64,000 bases of DNA from Lobosporangium transversale (lineage: Eukaryota). Location: assembly GCF_002105155.1 (NCBI RefSeq), contig NW_019028990.1, positions 434,001 through 498,000 on the forward strand, in the 5' to 3' direction. The notes beneath the pieces are model-generated. The model was not told the DNA's origin. It was given only the letters and a program-made list of their open reading frames with translations, and made no database searches. Positions 51,698 through 64,000 of this stretch are shown here, piece after piece (position 1 is the first letter of the stretch; each line of letters begins with the position of its first letter). Made by a program: the position numbers and the translations under genes.

Positions 51698-53932
51698 CAG
51701 TGATCTAAGCTGGAAGCGAAGCAGCAGCGATTTTTGAGAACAAGCACGTGCTGGTTAATTTTTTCAGCATGCTGGTTCGTTTTTTCAGCATGCTGGTTCG
51801 TTTTTCCAGCATGCTGGTTCGTTTTTCCAGCATGCTGGTTCGATATTTCAGCATACTTGTTAAAATTTATTAAAATTTTTAACTTGCTTAACCAAGTGCT
51901 CCTCCATGCACTGCTACCTCAGACATCATTCGCATTTATTTTAGAATCTCGAGCATCAATAAAAGCTTGATTACTCACAGCTACAGAATGGATAATCCTC
52001 ATTCAAACATTTGTCAGTTTTGTATATGCACATGCCTAAAAAAAGATGTCAGCCATAGTCACCCCTCATTGCCTCTTCACAAAAAAACAAAAATGGCGTG
52101 CTAACTGCAGTTGGTGGAACAGAAAGGTTTTCATGCTACACAAAACCAAACACCAATTGAATGCTACAACGTTGCCTTTATCTTCTTTATCTTCTTTATC
52201 TTCTTTATCTTCTTTATCTTCTTTCCATTGTTACCCGTTTTACTTTCACACAAAATCTTTAAGAAATAATGGCAAATCATACACATGATCCTCTTCACCA
52301 GGATGAGAATGGAGAACAGGGGTATGAGGATGAGGATGAAGATGAGGATGAGTATGAGGATGGACACGAGGAGGGGAATGAGTATCAGGAGGAGCACACC
52401 AGTGACGAGGACGAGGACGAGGACGAGGAAGAGACCCTTATACCTCGCCGAAATCAAATCGAACGAAGAATGCAACTCCAGAAAAGTCTTCCAGCAAATA
52501 GAATCGATTCTCCCCAAACTAGTGATGCAGCCTACAATGGCGAATCGTTCGAGACGCAAGATATGCCGTGTGATGAGCTTGAGGTACTAGACTCCTATCT
52601 TGGTGCGAACCCAATCTCGTCTTCATCCCAGACGATGAGACCCATGGTAAGCAATGGTCGCGAAAAGAGGAGGTTCATCAAAACTTCTTCTCCTCCCGGT
52701 GGATTTGCGCAATCGGTTCATCATGCCAGACCAAGGACGTTTGGACGTTCTCAATCATCAACAGCTTTGCCTACATCACGTTATAATCATACGCTACTTG
52801 CTGCACAGCAAGCCCCACTGTCATCTCTCCGTTCATCCAACAGCTTCTCCCAATATCGGGAGTCAAAACCAGGCCCATCTTCAGTCTCCTCGATTTCTAC
52901 ATTGAGCTCCACGCAACAGCGCAATATTAACTTTACGCGTTCAAGATCTATTAATCTTCCCTCTTTTGACTTTACACGTGCCATTGATGCTGAAGCATTG
53001 GCCAACCGGCGGAGAGAGCTGAGGGATAGTCATTTTGCATCAAACGGATGGTATGATTTGTACGAGTTACTGGATTTTGGTACCATTCCTACGCCAGAAC
53101 AATGCTCTGACGCCCCTCCCTCTCAAAAAGCATTAGCCCTGATTCCAAATCAAAAATCCTTTCGCAAAAACAGCGTGATTGGTCATTTTTTCAAATCAAG
53201 CAAGGAAGAATTCCAGTGTCTGGTCCTGAAAGATGGAGTAATCTGTGGTACTACATACAAGAAAACTGGGAGTGGATATTCAAGATCTGTTCACTTAACT
53301 CAGTGCCATGGCGATTTATATAGTGCCCTCCAAGAATTTCGCAATTACCAGAGCAGGGTTAAAGGTATCATGCTGCCACCTGATCCGGAAGAAGTTGACG
53401 TGGCTCCACCAAGAAAGGCAAAATTCGACATCGCACGAGATGAGATTGTTAATGAGAGCCTCAAGAAGCCGCTCCCTCATGAACAAGAAGCATTCGAGGA
53501 TACGCTTTTACTGCACATAGCCTCCAATGGAGTGGCATTCGATGCAGTTAATTCGACGATCTTCAGATCAATCATTGAAATGACCAATCCTTATTTCAAT
53601 ATCCCTACCACAATGGCTATGCAAGACAGGATGGATCGACGAGTTCGAGAGATGAGACGCGAAATCAAAGAGTACATTACCTATTATAAGCTTTACGCTG
53701 CCGTCACGACAGATTGCTGGACAAGCGTCGATCACAGGAAGTTCTTGGGGACTACAATGCATTTTTTCACGCCAAATTTCGAGCCAGTATCTATTGCAAT
53801 AGGGATGGAACAAGTCTATGGGGTGCAAACATCCCAAAATATTCACCGGAAGTTTGGTAAGTGAAATGCTGATACATCTGCCCCTTATCTTTATATTTTC
53901 ATAAGTATTGCAACGTTCTTAACGTTCTTAAC

Positions 53933-53967
<35 letters not shown>

Positions 53968-55612
53968 TGGTCTTTTGATTCATTTACCAGCTGAGGCTAT
54001 TGATAGCATGGATATGAGCGAAAGACTCATTTGCGCAACAACAGACCAAGGTGCTAATATAAAAAAAGCGATAGCTCTCTACCAAGAAGATCACAAGGGG
54101 GTGCACTGGTTGGCATGCACCTCACATAAGATCCAGCTTTGCATCAATAAGTCTTTGGAGCTATGCGAGCCCGCTAAGAAATTATTGGACAAGTGCCAAG
54201 ATGTATTTCAGTTTTTTTCAGAGGCAATGCCGCGGCGATGTCTATCTTAGTGGAAGAACAGGAAGGCAAGGGTGCCAAGTTGCTGTCGAGGAACATTACA
54301 AGATGGAACTCCCAGTACAAGATGGCAAATAGAGTGCTACTTTACTCTCAAGCAATTTCTCGCACCTACCATCGCATGGAATCCTCCGAAAAAAGGGAGA
54401 TAAGGTTGAAAGCAAAGGAATTAGAGCCAAACCTACTCGATCGTGATGAGGTCAAAGCTCTCCGTGAAATCATTCATATGATGACAGATGCAGTCAAATT
54501 CACTGAATGGGTGGGCAGTACCGACCATCCAAAACTGTCACAAATGTATGTGAAGTTGAAAGAGTTGCTACCGGACTCTCGCACATACGACACCGAGACG
54601 GCACAGGAGCTCTGGAGAAACCTTAACAGGCTTATCAATACGATGTGGGCCGTGGATGACATTCCCGATGTTATGCTCATATCGCTATTCCTGAACCCGG
54701 TGACCTTGAGTATCATTAAAGACATAATGACAACCAATGGTGACTCTCTCAGGAAGAAAGCTCTAGAGGTGACCAGAGATGCAGCAAAAAAGTTTGCCGC
54801 CACCCAAGATGGAGCATGTTGGGATCAACTTCCTCTTTTGGAACAAGAATATTACCATTCGATAGTTAGTGTCGATATGGTATATTATGATGCGTCTATT
54901 TCAAGAACGCCGATGATGGACATCGCGCGTTTTGCTTTTACTCCTGAGCTTTACTGGAAGGAGCAAAAGGACAAGGGATTAAGAGGAATGGATTATATTG
55001 CTCCATTTGCACGAGCATACCTTTCTGTCCAGGCTACTTCCAATGATTCTGAAAGGTTATTCAGCAGAGCCGGATGGATCCTGTCTGCACGCAGAAACCG
55101 AATGACCAATCAAAACTTCCGTAACATCATATTTTATCACAGCTTTGTCTCTGCCCTGAAAAAATTACAGAGTTGTAGCAGTAGCAGCTAACTTTTTTAT
55201 TAAAATAAAGGACTTCTATGGCAACGCTTAATTTCTAAAACAGATGCCAAACTATGGCTGACATCTTTTTTTAGGCATGTGCATATACAAAACTGACAAA
55301 TGTTTGAATGAGGATTATCCATTCTGTAGCTGTGAGTAATCAAGCTTTTATTGATGCTCGAGATTCTAAAATAAATGCGAATGATGTCTGAGGTAGCAGT
55401 GCATGGAGGAGCACTTGGTTAAGCAAGTTAAAAATTTTAATAAATTTTAACAAGTATGCTGAAATATCGAACCAGCATGCTGGAAAAACGAACCAGCATG
55501 CTGGAAAAACGAACCAGCATGCTGAAAAAACGAACCAGCATGCTGAAAAAATTAACCAGCACGTGCTTGTTCTCAAAAATCGCTGCTGCTTCGCTTCCAG
55601 CTTAGATCACTG
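51698..55612 (+). mobile_element. hAT-superfamily DNA transposon with 362-bp TIRs (51698-52059 and 55251-55612)
   Basis: CAGTGATCTAAGCT...AGCTTAGATCACTG termini; mirrored identical 78-aa ORFs in both TIRs; internal transposase. Confidence 0.95.
52269..55191 (+). CDS. hAT transposase (BED-like finger, DDE core, hATC domain); intron 53857-53990; frameshift at T7 run 54212-54218
   Basis: C..C..H..H finger, TTDCWTS, TTDQGANIKKA, CTSHKIQLC, TRWNS, ATSNDSERLFSRAG. Confidence 0.9.
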
Positions 55613-55743
55613 TTAATAATAATGATGTCCACTTTCAAAGATCTATTCATTGCATTACATTAATTGACATTAAAGAAAAATAGCCAACATTCACCCAGCA
55701 ATCAACCAAGCGCCTATTCTTAAGCGGAAGCAAGTTAATCAAC

Positions 55744-57727
55744 ATGGGGAAAGGGACAGGTTAGCAATCGACTCATTTGTATTCATGACATTAAAAAGAA
55801 AACTATCAGGAAGTTAACACTACTTAAAAAAAATATCATATATCACTCTCCCATCCCAATGGTTCCTAGATAAGATGTATATCACACACTCCGAATGGAG
55901 TAATGAATTTTCAGAAGGCGGAATGACATTTGGAGGAGCAGGTGGACGAAAACCAACTCAGATCTTCCGACGTTTACCTTTCGACTGTTGTTCACTTTCA
56001 TTACAGCCGTTTGAACATCCTGTCTGTACTGAAGATGGTATTATTTTCGATCTAGTGTAAGGTTTATTATTATTATTATTATTATTATTTTGCAACTCAA
56101 TTGCAACTCAATTGCTCATCTAAACTTTTGATATTAGTCTGGAACTGGACAAAAAAAAAAAGGGAATATCCTTTGTCGTCCTTTGTCTAATCTCCTATCA
56201 ATCTTTTTCTTTTTTAATTGTCTTTTTATATTCTTCTTTTTTCAATAGGAACATTGTCCCGTACCTGAAAAAGTATGGGACAAACCCCGCAACAGGCCAA
56301 AAACTCGATGCAAAATCGTTGATCAAGCTTAATTTTTTTAAAAATGCTAATGGTAAGTAAAAAGTGATAAAAAAAAAAAAAAAAAAAAAAAAAATGAATA
56401 AAAAAAAATAGATGTTGATCATTTTTTATTTCTTTCTTTCTTTAACTAATCCTCCATAGATGAATATCATTGCCCAATTACACTAAGAGTATTCAATGAA
56501 AATACGCATATCGTAGCTATCAAGCCTTCAGGAAACGTATTTGCATATGAAGCTGTGGAGAGATTGAACATCAAAGCCAAGTTTTGGAAAGACCTCATGA
56601 CGGATGAACCATTTACACGGAAAGATATTATCACCATCCAGGTAAAATAAGAGCTTGAGTAACCAAGATAAGAACAGGAAGGGGAAAAAAAAGTATCAGA
56701 CAGACTAAATCAACTTTTGTCATTGTTTGTTTGGAAAGGACCCTCATAATCTTAACAATAGGAATTTGGCTGAATTCCATCATATCAAGAATGATCTCGC
56801 TGTGATCGATGAAGGTTAGGGAAAAAAAAGGCATATTACAGTTATGGCCTACAAACTAACAGTTGTGACACACAATCATCTCATACAGTCTTTGCTTTTT
56901 TTTCTTTTTTTTTTTTCTTTTTCAGTACAAGAGAAAAAGAAGAAGGATCCTATGAATAATATCAATCAACAAGGATCTACAGGAAAGATTCTATCGCAGC
57001 TCAACATGGAAAAAATCGAAAAAGCTGCAATCGAAAAGAAGAAGAAAGAGGATGAACTCAAAGCACAACGACAGACAGGAAGCACAGTCGGTAAAGCAAT
57101 GGAGTCCATGTCTAATAAACCAGCGTTGGCTTATAATGCATCTAGCTATACTTCAGGCAAAACTAGTGGATCCCTCACTTCGACCGCCATGAGTGTTTCC
57201 ACAAGCGATGATCGTATCCTATTGAGTCATGAGGAATATATGTTTCCATTGATCAAGGCTAAGGGCTATGGAAGCATTATCACCAACTTTGGGAAAATCA
57301 ATGTCGAACTCTTTTGTGATCAGGTAAAACGCAAAATCTATATATACTTTCTCTTTTTTTTTTTCTTTTTTTTTTTTTTTTTGTTTCTTCTAACTTTTTC
57401 CTTATTCTTAATTTTTAGACACCAAGAACATGTTATAATTTTATTATGCTAGCCAAGTCGGGATATTACAAAAATGTAAAATTCCATCGTAAAATTAAGA
57501 ACTTTATGATTCAAGGAGGTGATCCCACAGGAACAGGTCGTGGTGGTGAATCTTACTGGAAACAAAACTTTAAGGATGAAATCAAGCCCAAACTTTCTCA
57601 CAATGCACGAGGTATCCTCAGCATGGCTAACAAGGGTCCTGGCACTAATTCTTCGCAATTGTAAGTTTTTCTCTCTTACTCCTTCTCTTTTAAAACAAGG
57701 ATACCTTTAATTACAATCCCCGTGACG

Positions 57728-57766
<39 letters not shown>

Positions 57767-58280
57767 TTTGCTCCTTAGCTTTATCACATTCAAACCCTGC
57801 ACACATCTGGATGGCAAGCACACAATTTTCGGAAAAGTGGTCGGAGGTATGGATGTATTGGACAAACTGGAGTTGGTACCGACGGATGAGGCCACCGATG
57901 TTCCTGTTTCTCCACCTGGAATTGTGATGCAGGATGTGACTATTTTTGTAGATCCTTATCAAACATTCACAGAACGGTTGGAAAGGAAACGAAAATATGA
58001 GGAGGAGACCAAAAATAACCCTGCCAAGAAAGAAAACCCTTTAGATCACTCCACTTGGTTCGGACCTACAATTAAGAGAGATGTTGAAGGTGGTGGCGCT
58101 GTCGGTGGTGGTGTTGGTAAATATCTAACCGCAGCCGTGGCGAAAAAAAATACTGATCAAGATGAATCAACTTCATCAACTAATGGAACTGCGGATGATG
58201 ATTTGGACAATATTCTAGCAGTGCCCGCCAAGAAAAAGAAAACTGTCTCAGGAGGATTTGGCGATTTTAGTTCATGGTAG
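55744..58280 (+). CDS. PPIL2: U-box/RING-cyclophilin PPIL2 (Cyp60), multi-exon
   Basis: [74 protein letters not shown]-terminal FGDFSSW. Confidence 0.94.
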
Positions 58281-58397
58281 AGAATGGGATCAAATAACTA
58301 TAATATTATAATAATAGTCGTCGTCACTCAACAAACCTTTTTTTTTTTTTTTTTTTTTTTTCAACGGTATTTTATTTTCACTTTTCTTTGACATGTT

Positions 58398-61300
58398 TTA
58401 AGTTCCAACTATTATTGGTACTGCTGTCCCAGATGAAGGGGATCTACTCCGTCGAGCAACTGAGGTATGTTGCTTGGAAATTGTCCTTAGATCTGCAACA
58501 ACCCATCGAATCAATTGCCTGAAGAAATGTACTCTACTAGGCACTTCAGAATACCCATCCCATCCTGGATGAGGTCCTCCTGTTATTGTCGCTGTTGTTG
58601 TTGCTGTTGCTGTTGAGCCTTGGTTGATATTATAACCCTTGACTCCTAATGGGATAATATTCTGTCGCTGATTCAGAAATGCATCCAAGGAAATAGGAAC
58701 TAGCGTCAAGTCTTTGTAATGATCCTTGATAATAGTCGAAACCAAATCGGGTCCAAGACTTCTTGTTGGGTTGGCGTCCCGCCATGCGAGAAGATGTGTA
58801 AAGAAGAAAGTATGGACTTGGTTGATATTAGACAAATTAATGATAATTACACGTTGCTGGGAGGGTCTGCTACCACCACCACTTGCGCCGTTATTTAAAG
58901 GAGACGTAGGTCCATAAGGACTATGGGAGGTCTGGAATGGCGATAAAGGCGGTGATGTCAGGACAGAGGCTGTCGCTGGGATTGGAGATGACAATGCGGA
59001 TTCTGAAGGACTTGAGATGGGTGAGGACGCTAAATTGAGGCGATTACGGGAGGTTAGATCATGGTGAGGCAGCGGCGGAGGAAGAGGGGGTTGAACAGAG
59101 ATCGAAACTAAGTAGATAATTATAGAGAAAGAGAGAAGATGAGAAAACAGAAGAAAACATGATACTGTTTTATAACTTAAAACACCGGATTAGCAATGAT
59201 TTGATCCAGATGACACCAGCTTGATCTCAACTTACACTGACTTGTAAGCTCAGTGAATGGATCGATTCCTGAGCGCACAATTTCATAGTATAGGGCGTAA
59301 AGACTAGCAGGATCAGGCATGATAAGATCTCCAAAGGTAACAAAATAGTTTACAAGATCAATAGTCTACCAAATAAATAAATAAAACTTTCAGTATTTGT
59401 TTAAGAACCATTATGTAGATCATTAAACACTAGCAATCTATTCTTACTTCAGCAATTAAATCTCTAGCCTCGGAATTGTTTTGAAGCACCTTGCTGTTGG
59501 ATTGCAGGAATTTCACAAGCCCTAAAAGTGTATTCCACATCTCGACCCAATGATATGCTATACGTCCAATAATACAGAAAACGAAATGCGTTAATGTATT
59601 GATTCCAATGTCGATAGAGTCTCATATACTATCCATCTTAGAGAACTTACGCAAGCGAACACGAAGTGATTTGAACCGGCTTGCAACCGAGAAGATGACG
59701 GCGATGGCAATGCTGTAATAAATTTATCATTGTTCCATATTTATTGTTAGAACCAACAGCATTGTGTTTGATCCGCCAATCCACATGATAAGCAACGGAA
59801 GCATAGATACATACCGGAAGCAGTCGATCTGCATTTTCTTTTTCATGTTGTGCTTCAAAAAACCCAAAATGACATCCAAGAGAACTGCACCCATTGGCCT
59901 GGCTTGTTTGATCTTTGGCAGTACAGGCTGTCTCTGACGGCATAGCCGTACAGTCGCCATCGAGCTTACTGGGACCGCCCCTGCCTGTGTCAAAAGTGCT
60001 GATGGTGGGTCATGTGATCGTGGGATGTTACATAGATACGGATATGTGGCGGGGTCCTCCACCAAGATCAACATGATAATCAGACAAAGATGAGTATAAG
60101 GAGCGGTACGATGGGTTCGGTTGTGCTGCAACATGTAGGATGAAAACGACAAGAATGACCCCATGGCTATTTCACTCGTCTCTGATGTTGTCTGCTGCTC
60201 TCCTATGACCTTATCCTGTGAGCCAGTCGTAGTTGATTTCGATGTGGAGTAATTCAAAAACTCGTTAAGGAAGAGTTTATTGTTGTAAATGAGGTCATAG
60301 AGTATCAGCAATATTGAGGCTCTACCGTCCGGACTAGAACATTATAAATAAAAGTCTATCAGTCCCTTATCCATTTTTCCCGAGCACCATTTTCAAATTG
60401 ATGCGGTTGTCGTAGTAATTTACTTACAGTGTGGTAAAAGCAGCATCCGTGACAGAACTATCTTGCGCCTTTGGATTCCAAAGCATTCCTGTAACGTATG
60501 ACAGTGCGCTGGTGAGCTTTGATACTGCTGATTGTTCGTCATCATCCATAATTTCAATATATCCTCTATTTTTCGAGGTTCTTGGTATTAGTGAGGATAT
60601 ATGATCCATTTAATCCGTAGGACTTTGGAAGACATTTTAGTAGCTCAAAAATTACCTCCGCATGCCATCGCAGGTATGGACAATAACCATGCACATCTTT
60701 TGAAGTATGCTCAAATCGTTCAGAGCCGCCAAGTTGGATAGATATGGGTTCTGAGACTCATACTTGTTATAGTTTGCCAGCAAACCTAACAAAGACATAG
60801 CCTCGAATGCCAAATTTACAGAGTCCACCATGACGAAGAACTATGATAAGATAGCATAGTGGACGCAGAATGAGTTGAAAAGCGGACCACAAGCTAAATT
60901 GCCTTTGTTTGTATTGTTAAAACAAGATCTTGAATGCTCACCTTGATTAATGAGGTAAAAATGTTCTTCTGCATGAAATATTCGTTCAAGCTGTTCTTAT
61001 TCACGTTATCGTTACCGCACGCTAGCGCTATGGCAAGCCTTAGAGCAGCTACTTGAATTTCCACTAATTGTATTCGTCAAGGAGCATAAAAGAAAACGTG
61101 TTATCAACAGCGGTTCATCGCTAAGATACATGTTTGATCCGAGTATGGGGCTGTATACATCAATCAATAGTCATACATGAGTCATTGCTTCCAAGGATAT
61201 CGTTCAATCCTTGGATTAATGTCCGGAACACAAGGTCAGCATGCGAAAGTCCTGTCTATAAAAGAAAAGGTGATCAAAAGACAAAACAAAGCTCAATGGA

Positions 61301-62157
61301 CAGCATAAACCTCATGGCCTAGATCTTCAAGCATGGCATGGAGCTCATTTATCTTTCTTTACCAGTAAATGAATGACATCGAAACTCCAGTTGTTGAACT
61401 TTTTTTGAAATATTTCTCCTAAGACAATAGTCAGAGTCTAATAAAAAGAGTTGGATAGAAATGCATTCTTTTAATCGAAGCATTCAATAACCCTTCGTGT
61501 CAACATGGCACAAAAAGAAGGTCATGTCTTTTTAGGGGAATGAATGCACGTACCTGCATAGCATGAAGTCGTCTTTGAGGTAATGGGTCCCTCATGGTTT
61601 GAACAGCATGTAAAAAGATGCTGTTGATCCTGTCTTTGATAGCGAGCAATTGGTCTTCACTAACTTGCCTAAGACTCGTAGAAAGATATTCCTCATTGAC
61701 CTACTCATTTTTATAGATAAAATAACAAGACATACATGAATTAACCTTTAATGGCTTGTCTGTCCCATTCTCTTCTTTCTCTTGCTGCTGTCTATGATAT
61801 GAAAGGGATTTTAATATAAAAAAGGCATACCTTAATCAAAAAGAGCTCATCCCAAAACACATCGGGGTCTTTGCCTTGCGCTGGATCCTGACCCTACTCA
61901 TGATAACAATAAAAAGCGAAGGGATAATAAAAAGCAGCATTTTAGCTTGATGAAATCATAATATCCAAAGAGAGAAAGAGTGAGTGAGAGAATGAGAGAG
62001 GGAAGACGTGTATGCTACACATGGTGGTTCTTACCCTCAGAAATGTGTCATAAATCTCAACAAATTTCTCCTTGAGCTTCATCTTTTGACCAGATTGCGC
62101 GCGGAGCAAATGCTCTCTTGTCGTCGCAGACCCAATCTTCATTTCCTGCATAGCCAT
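58398..62157 (-). CDS. ARMH3: ARMH3/C10orf76 (DUF1741) family protein, many exons
   Basis: KLKEKFVEIYDTF...FWDELFLIK-VNEEYL, LLANYNKYESQNPY, LCRQRQPVLP, VNYFVTFGD...LYALYYEIVR, recalled as ARMH3 motifs. Confidence 0.85.
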
Positions 62158-63305
62158 TAATTAATCTGTTCACTCTTTTTGTCGCTGCTGTTGTTGTTCC
62201 TTTATGTTTGTCCGGTTTGAATTAAAATGAAAGTGTTGTAGAATGAAAAGAATGATTGTGGTTGGTCAAAGTGCTGGTCAATGCGGCAATGCAATTGCGG
62301 TTGTAAAATAGAGAGACAGAGAGAGTAGAACGGCAAGGAAAGCAAAATACAGAATGCAACATGGCGTCGAGCAGTGCCACGAAGCTATTTTTCGCATTTA
62401 ATTTAATTTAAACGCGTCTCTTCAGATGCATTGCCTACCAAAGACGTACATATCCCACCACTGACAAGCACGTTTAGGCCTTGATCTTGTGGTATGTTCA
62501 AATATACATCTAATAATCTCATTGTGGAAATAAATTTGGCTTGAATGTTTCATCACATCATTGTTAGCTCTCATATCATTGTCTGAGCCCTTTATTAGCT
62601 ACATCGCAATGTTAATTGGATTATTTATAATACTTGACTGGTGCGGTCATGAATGGAGCCATGGGCATTTCGATGGCTGCTTTGCCTCGTGAGGCACAAC
62701 CTCGTTTGGGGTACCAACACTTGAAGGGGCTCACTTTAGATAGAATTGCTGCAAATATTAATATTCTATACAATTATGAAAAATAAGGGAATAAGTCAAG
62801 ATTCTTGTGACAACTCTCCTAACCACCTTGGTCACCTTGGCCTTTGCGCTATTGGCCCGTGTCTCACCTTCCTAGTCCTTGACATGTCTTTTTTTTTGCT
62901 TCCTATTACATGTTTAATCGTAGTTGTCGATACCCCCCCCCCCCCCCCCATTGACTTACTGCATTATCTATCCTGTAAAACTTCACTTATCAGGTCAAGT
63001 AGCTGAGGGAATGTGTGAAGTTCAGATGGTCTGATTTCTCCTTGCTCGTAACAGAGTGGGAGCTCTGGCACGTGAGTAGTAGAAGATATATGGTGTTCTT
63101 CAAGCTACACGAACATTCTACAGCATCATATCGCCGATCGAAAGCCTGTGGAATACGGGATCAATGCGGTCACTCGCCACCATCCCTCCAGGAAAGTCTT
63201 CCACATGAAGTAACCATTGTCGCTCTGTTTCTTGACTATAGCACGACAAATATCGCCGATGATTGTTGACCACCTTCATTTGCCATAATAACCTTTTTTC
63301 AAAAC

Positions 63306-63336
<31 letters not shown>

Positions 63337-64000
63337 TCTGTCCACTGATAGTTTATTCGCGGTTTCTACTTTTTATATACAGATGTCGGCCTAATTGTAA
63401 TTCCATTCTGACTTTCTTTCTGCTTTTATTTCAACGGATGACTTTGTATTCCTCTTAAAGATTTAATACTTGTTTGGTATTTCTTCGCTTTTCGCAACTA
63501 CCGTGCATGCTTAAACAAAACATGCATCGTGGGCTGCAAAGAACCGCAGATTAGTGGGCACCATCATCCCATGGATTTTGTATTCCCAGCTGACACCTCT
63601 GCATGGCGTTGATCCAAAAATCAGTAGTTACACGCATATGGTACTGCTTACAAAGAATCCTTATTGTCTAGTGTCTGGTCATGCTTGACTCAGATTATCA
63701 TAAATAATGTATCGATTTTTGTTTGCAGCTATAGTTCGGATATCGATCAATGAACTTTTGGTTAATAACCGCAATGTCTACATAATAGTAGAGTATGACA
63801 CTGAAAGTCCAGCGCGACTTTACGGGGTGCCCCTTTGAAGTATGCCCATAACCAACTGATACAGGTTATAGTAAGAAGAGGTGTGATACGTCATGATGCT
63901 ACCGATCGTTGATTTGGTCAAAGCTTTTCCTTCAAATCGGTTGCCGTTCGATTTGATGGCTGAGCCTAAAAGCCTTGGCAGTGTAGGTGATCGTTGAACC

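Noticed and set aside
51765..51842. CRISPR-like array of palindromic repeats
   Set aside because: 21-bp tandem units with no unique spacers, inside a eukaryotic transposon TIR; no cas genes.
51695..55615. PIF/Harbinger element suggested by TTA on both sides of the inner element
   Set aside because: The transposase motifs are hAT-type, and a 3-bp AT match is easily chance.
62700..64000. Short ORFs at the window end
   Set aside because: No recognisable domain or consistent exon chain.

Overview
Eukaryotic, intron-rich fungal DNA with abundant poly-A/T tracts. Gene content suggests an early-diverging fungus, probably Mortierellaceae (inference). The housekeeping core comprises HPRT, a single-HKD PLD6-like protein, a TBC Rab-GAP, catalase, a PTS2-bearing SDR, a small SET protein, NOP53, a divergent intronless calmodulin plus a decayed tandem copy, a medium-chain acyl-CoA dehydrogenase, an RNase MRP RNA gene missed by the ORF track, an arrestin-like gene, PPIL2 and ARMH3. 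This core is bracketed by two copies of a Crinkler (CRN: Ubl header + P-loop NTPase + REase) cassette (389-7123 and 45405-51662). The second copy sits between a hAT-end fragment (45227) and a hAT element with 362-bp terminal inverted repeats (51698-55612). The whole 10.4-kb unit starts CAGTGATC, ends GATCACTG and is flanked by TTAAT direct repeats, suggesting a composite hAT transposon carrying a CRN cassette. The two CRN copies differ mostly in two coding patches. Further CRN relics, a piggyBac relic and a fold-back element lie at 12-16 kb. Exon boundaries and alignments were read by eye.
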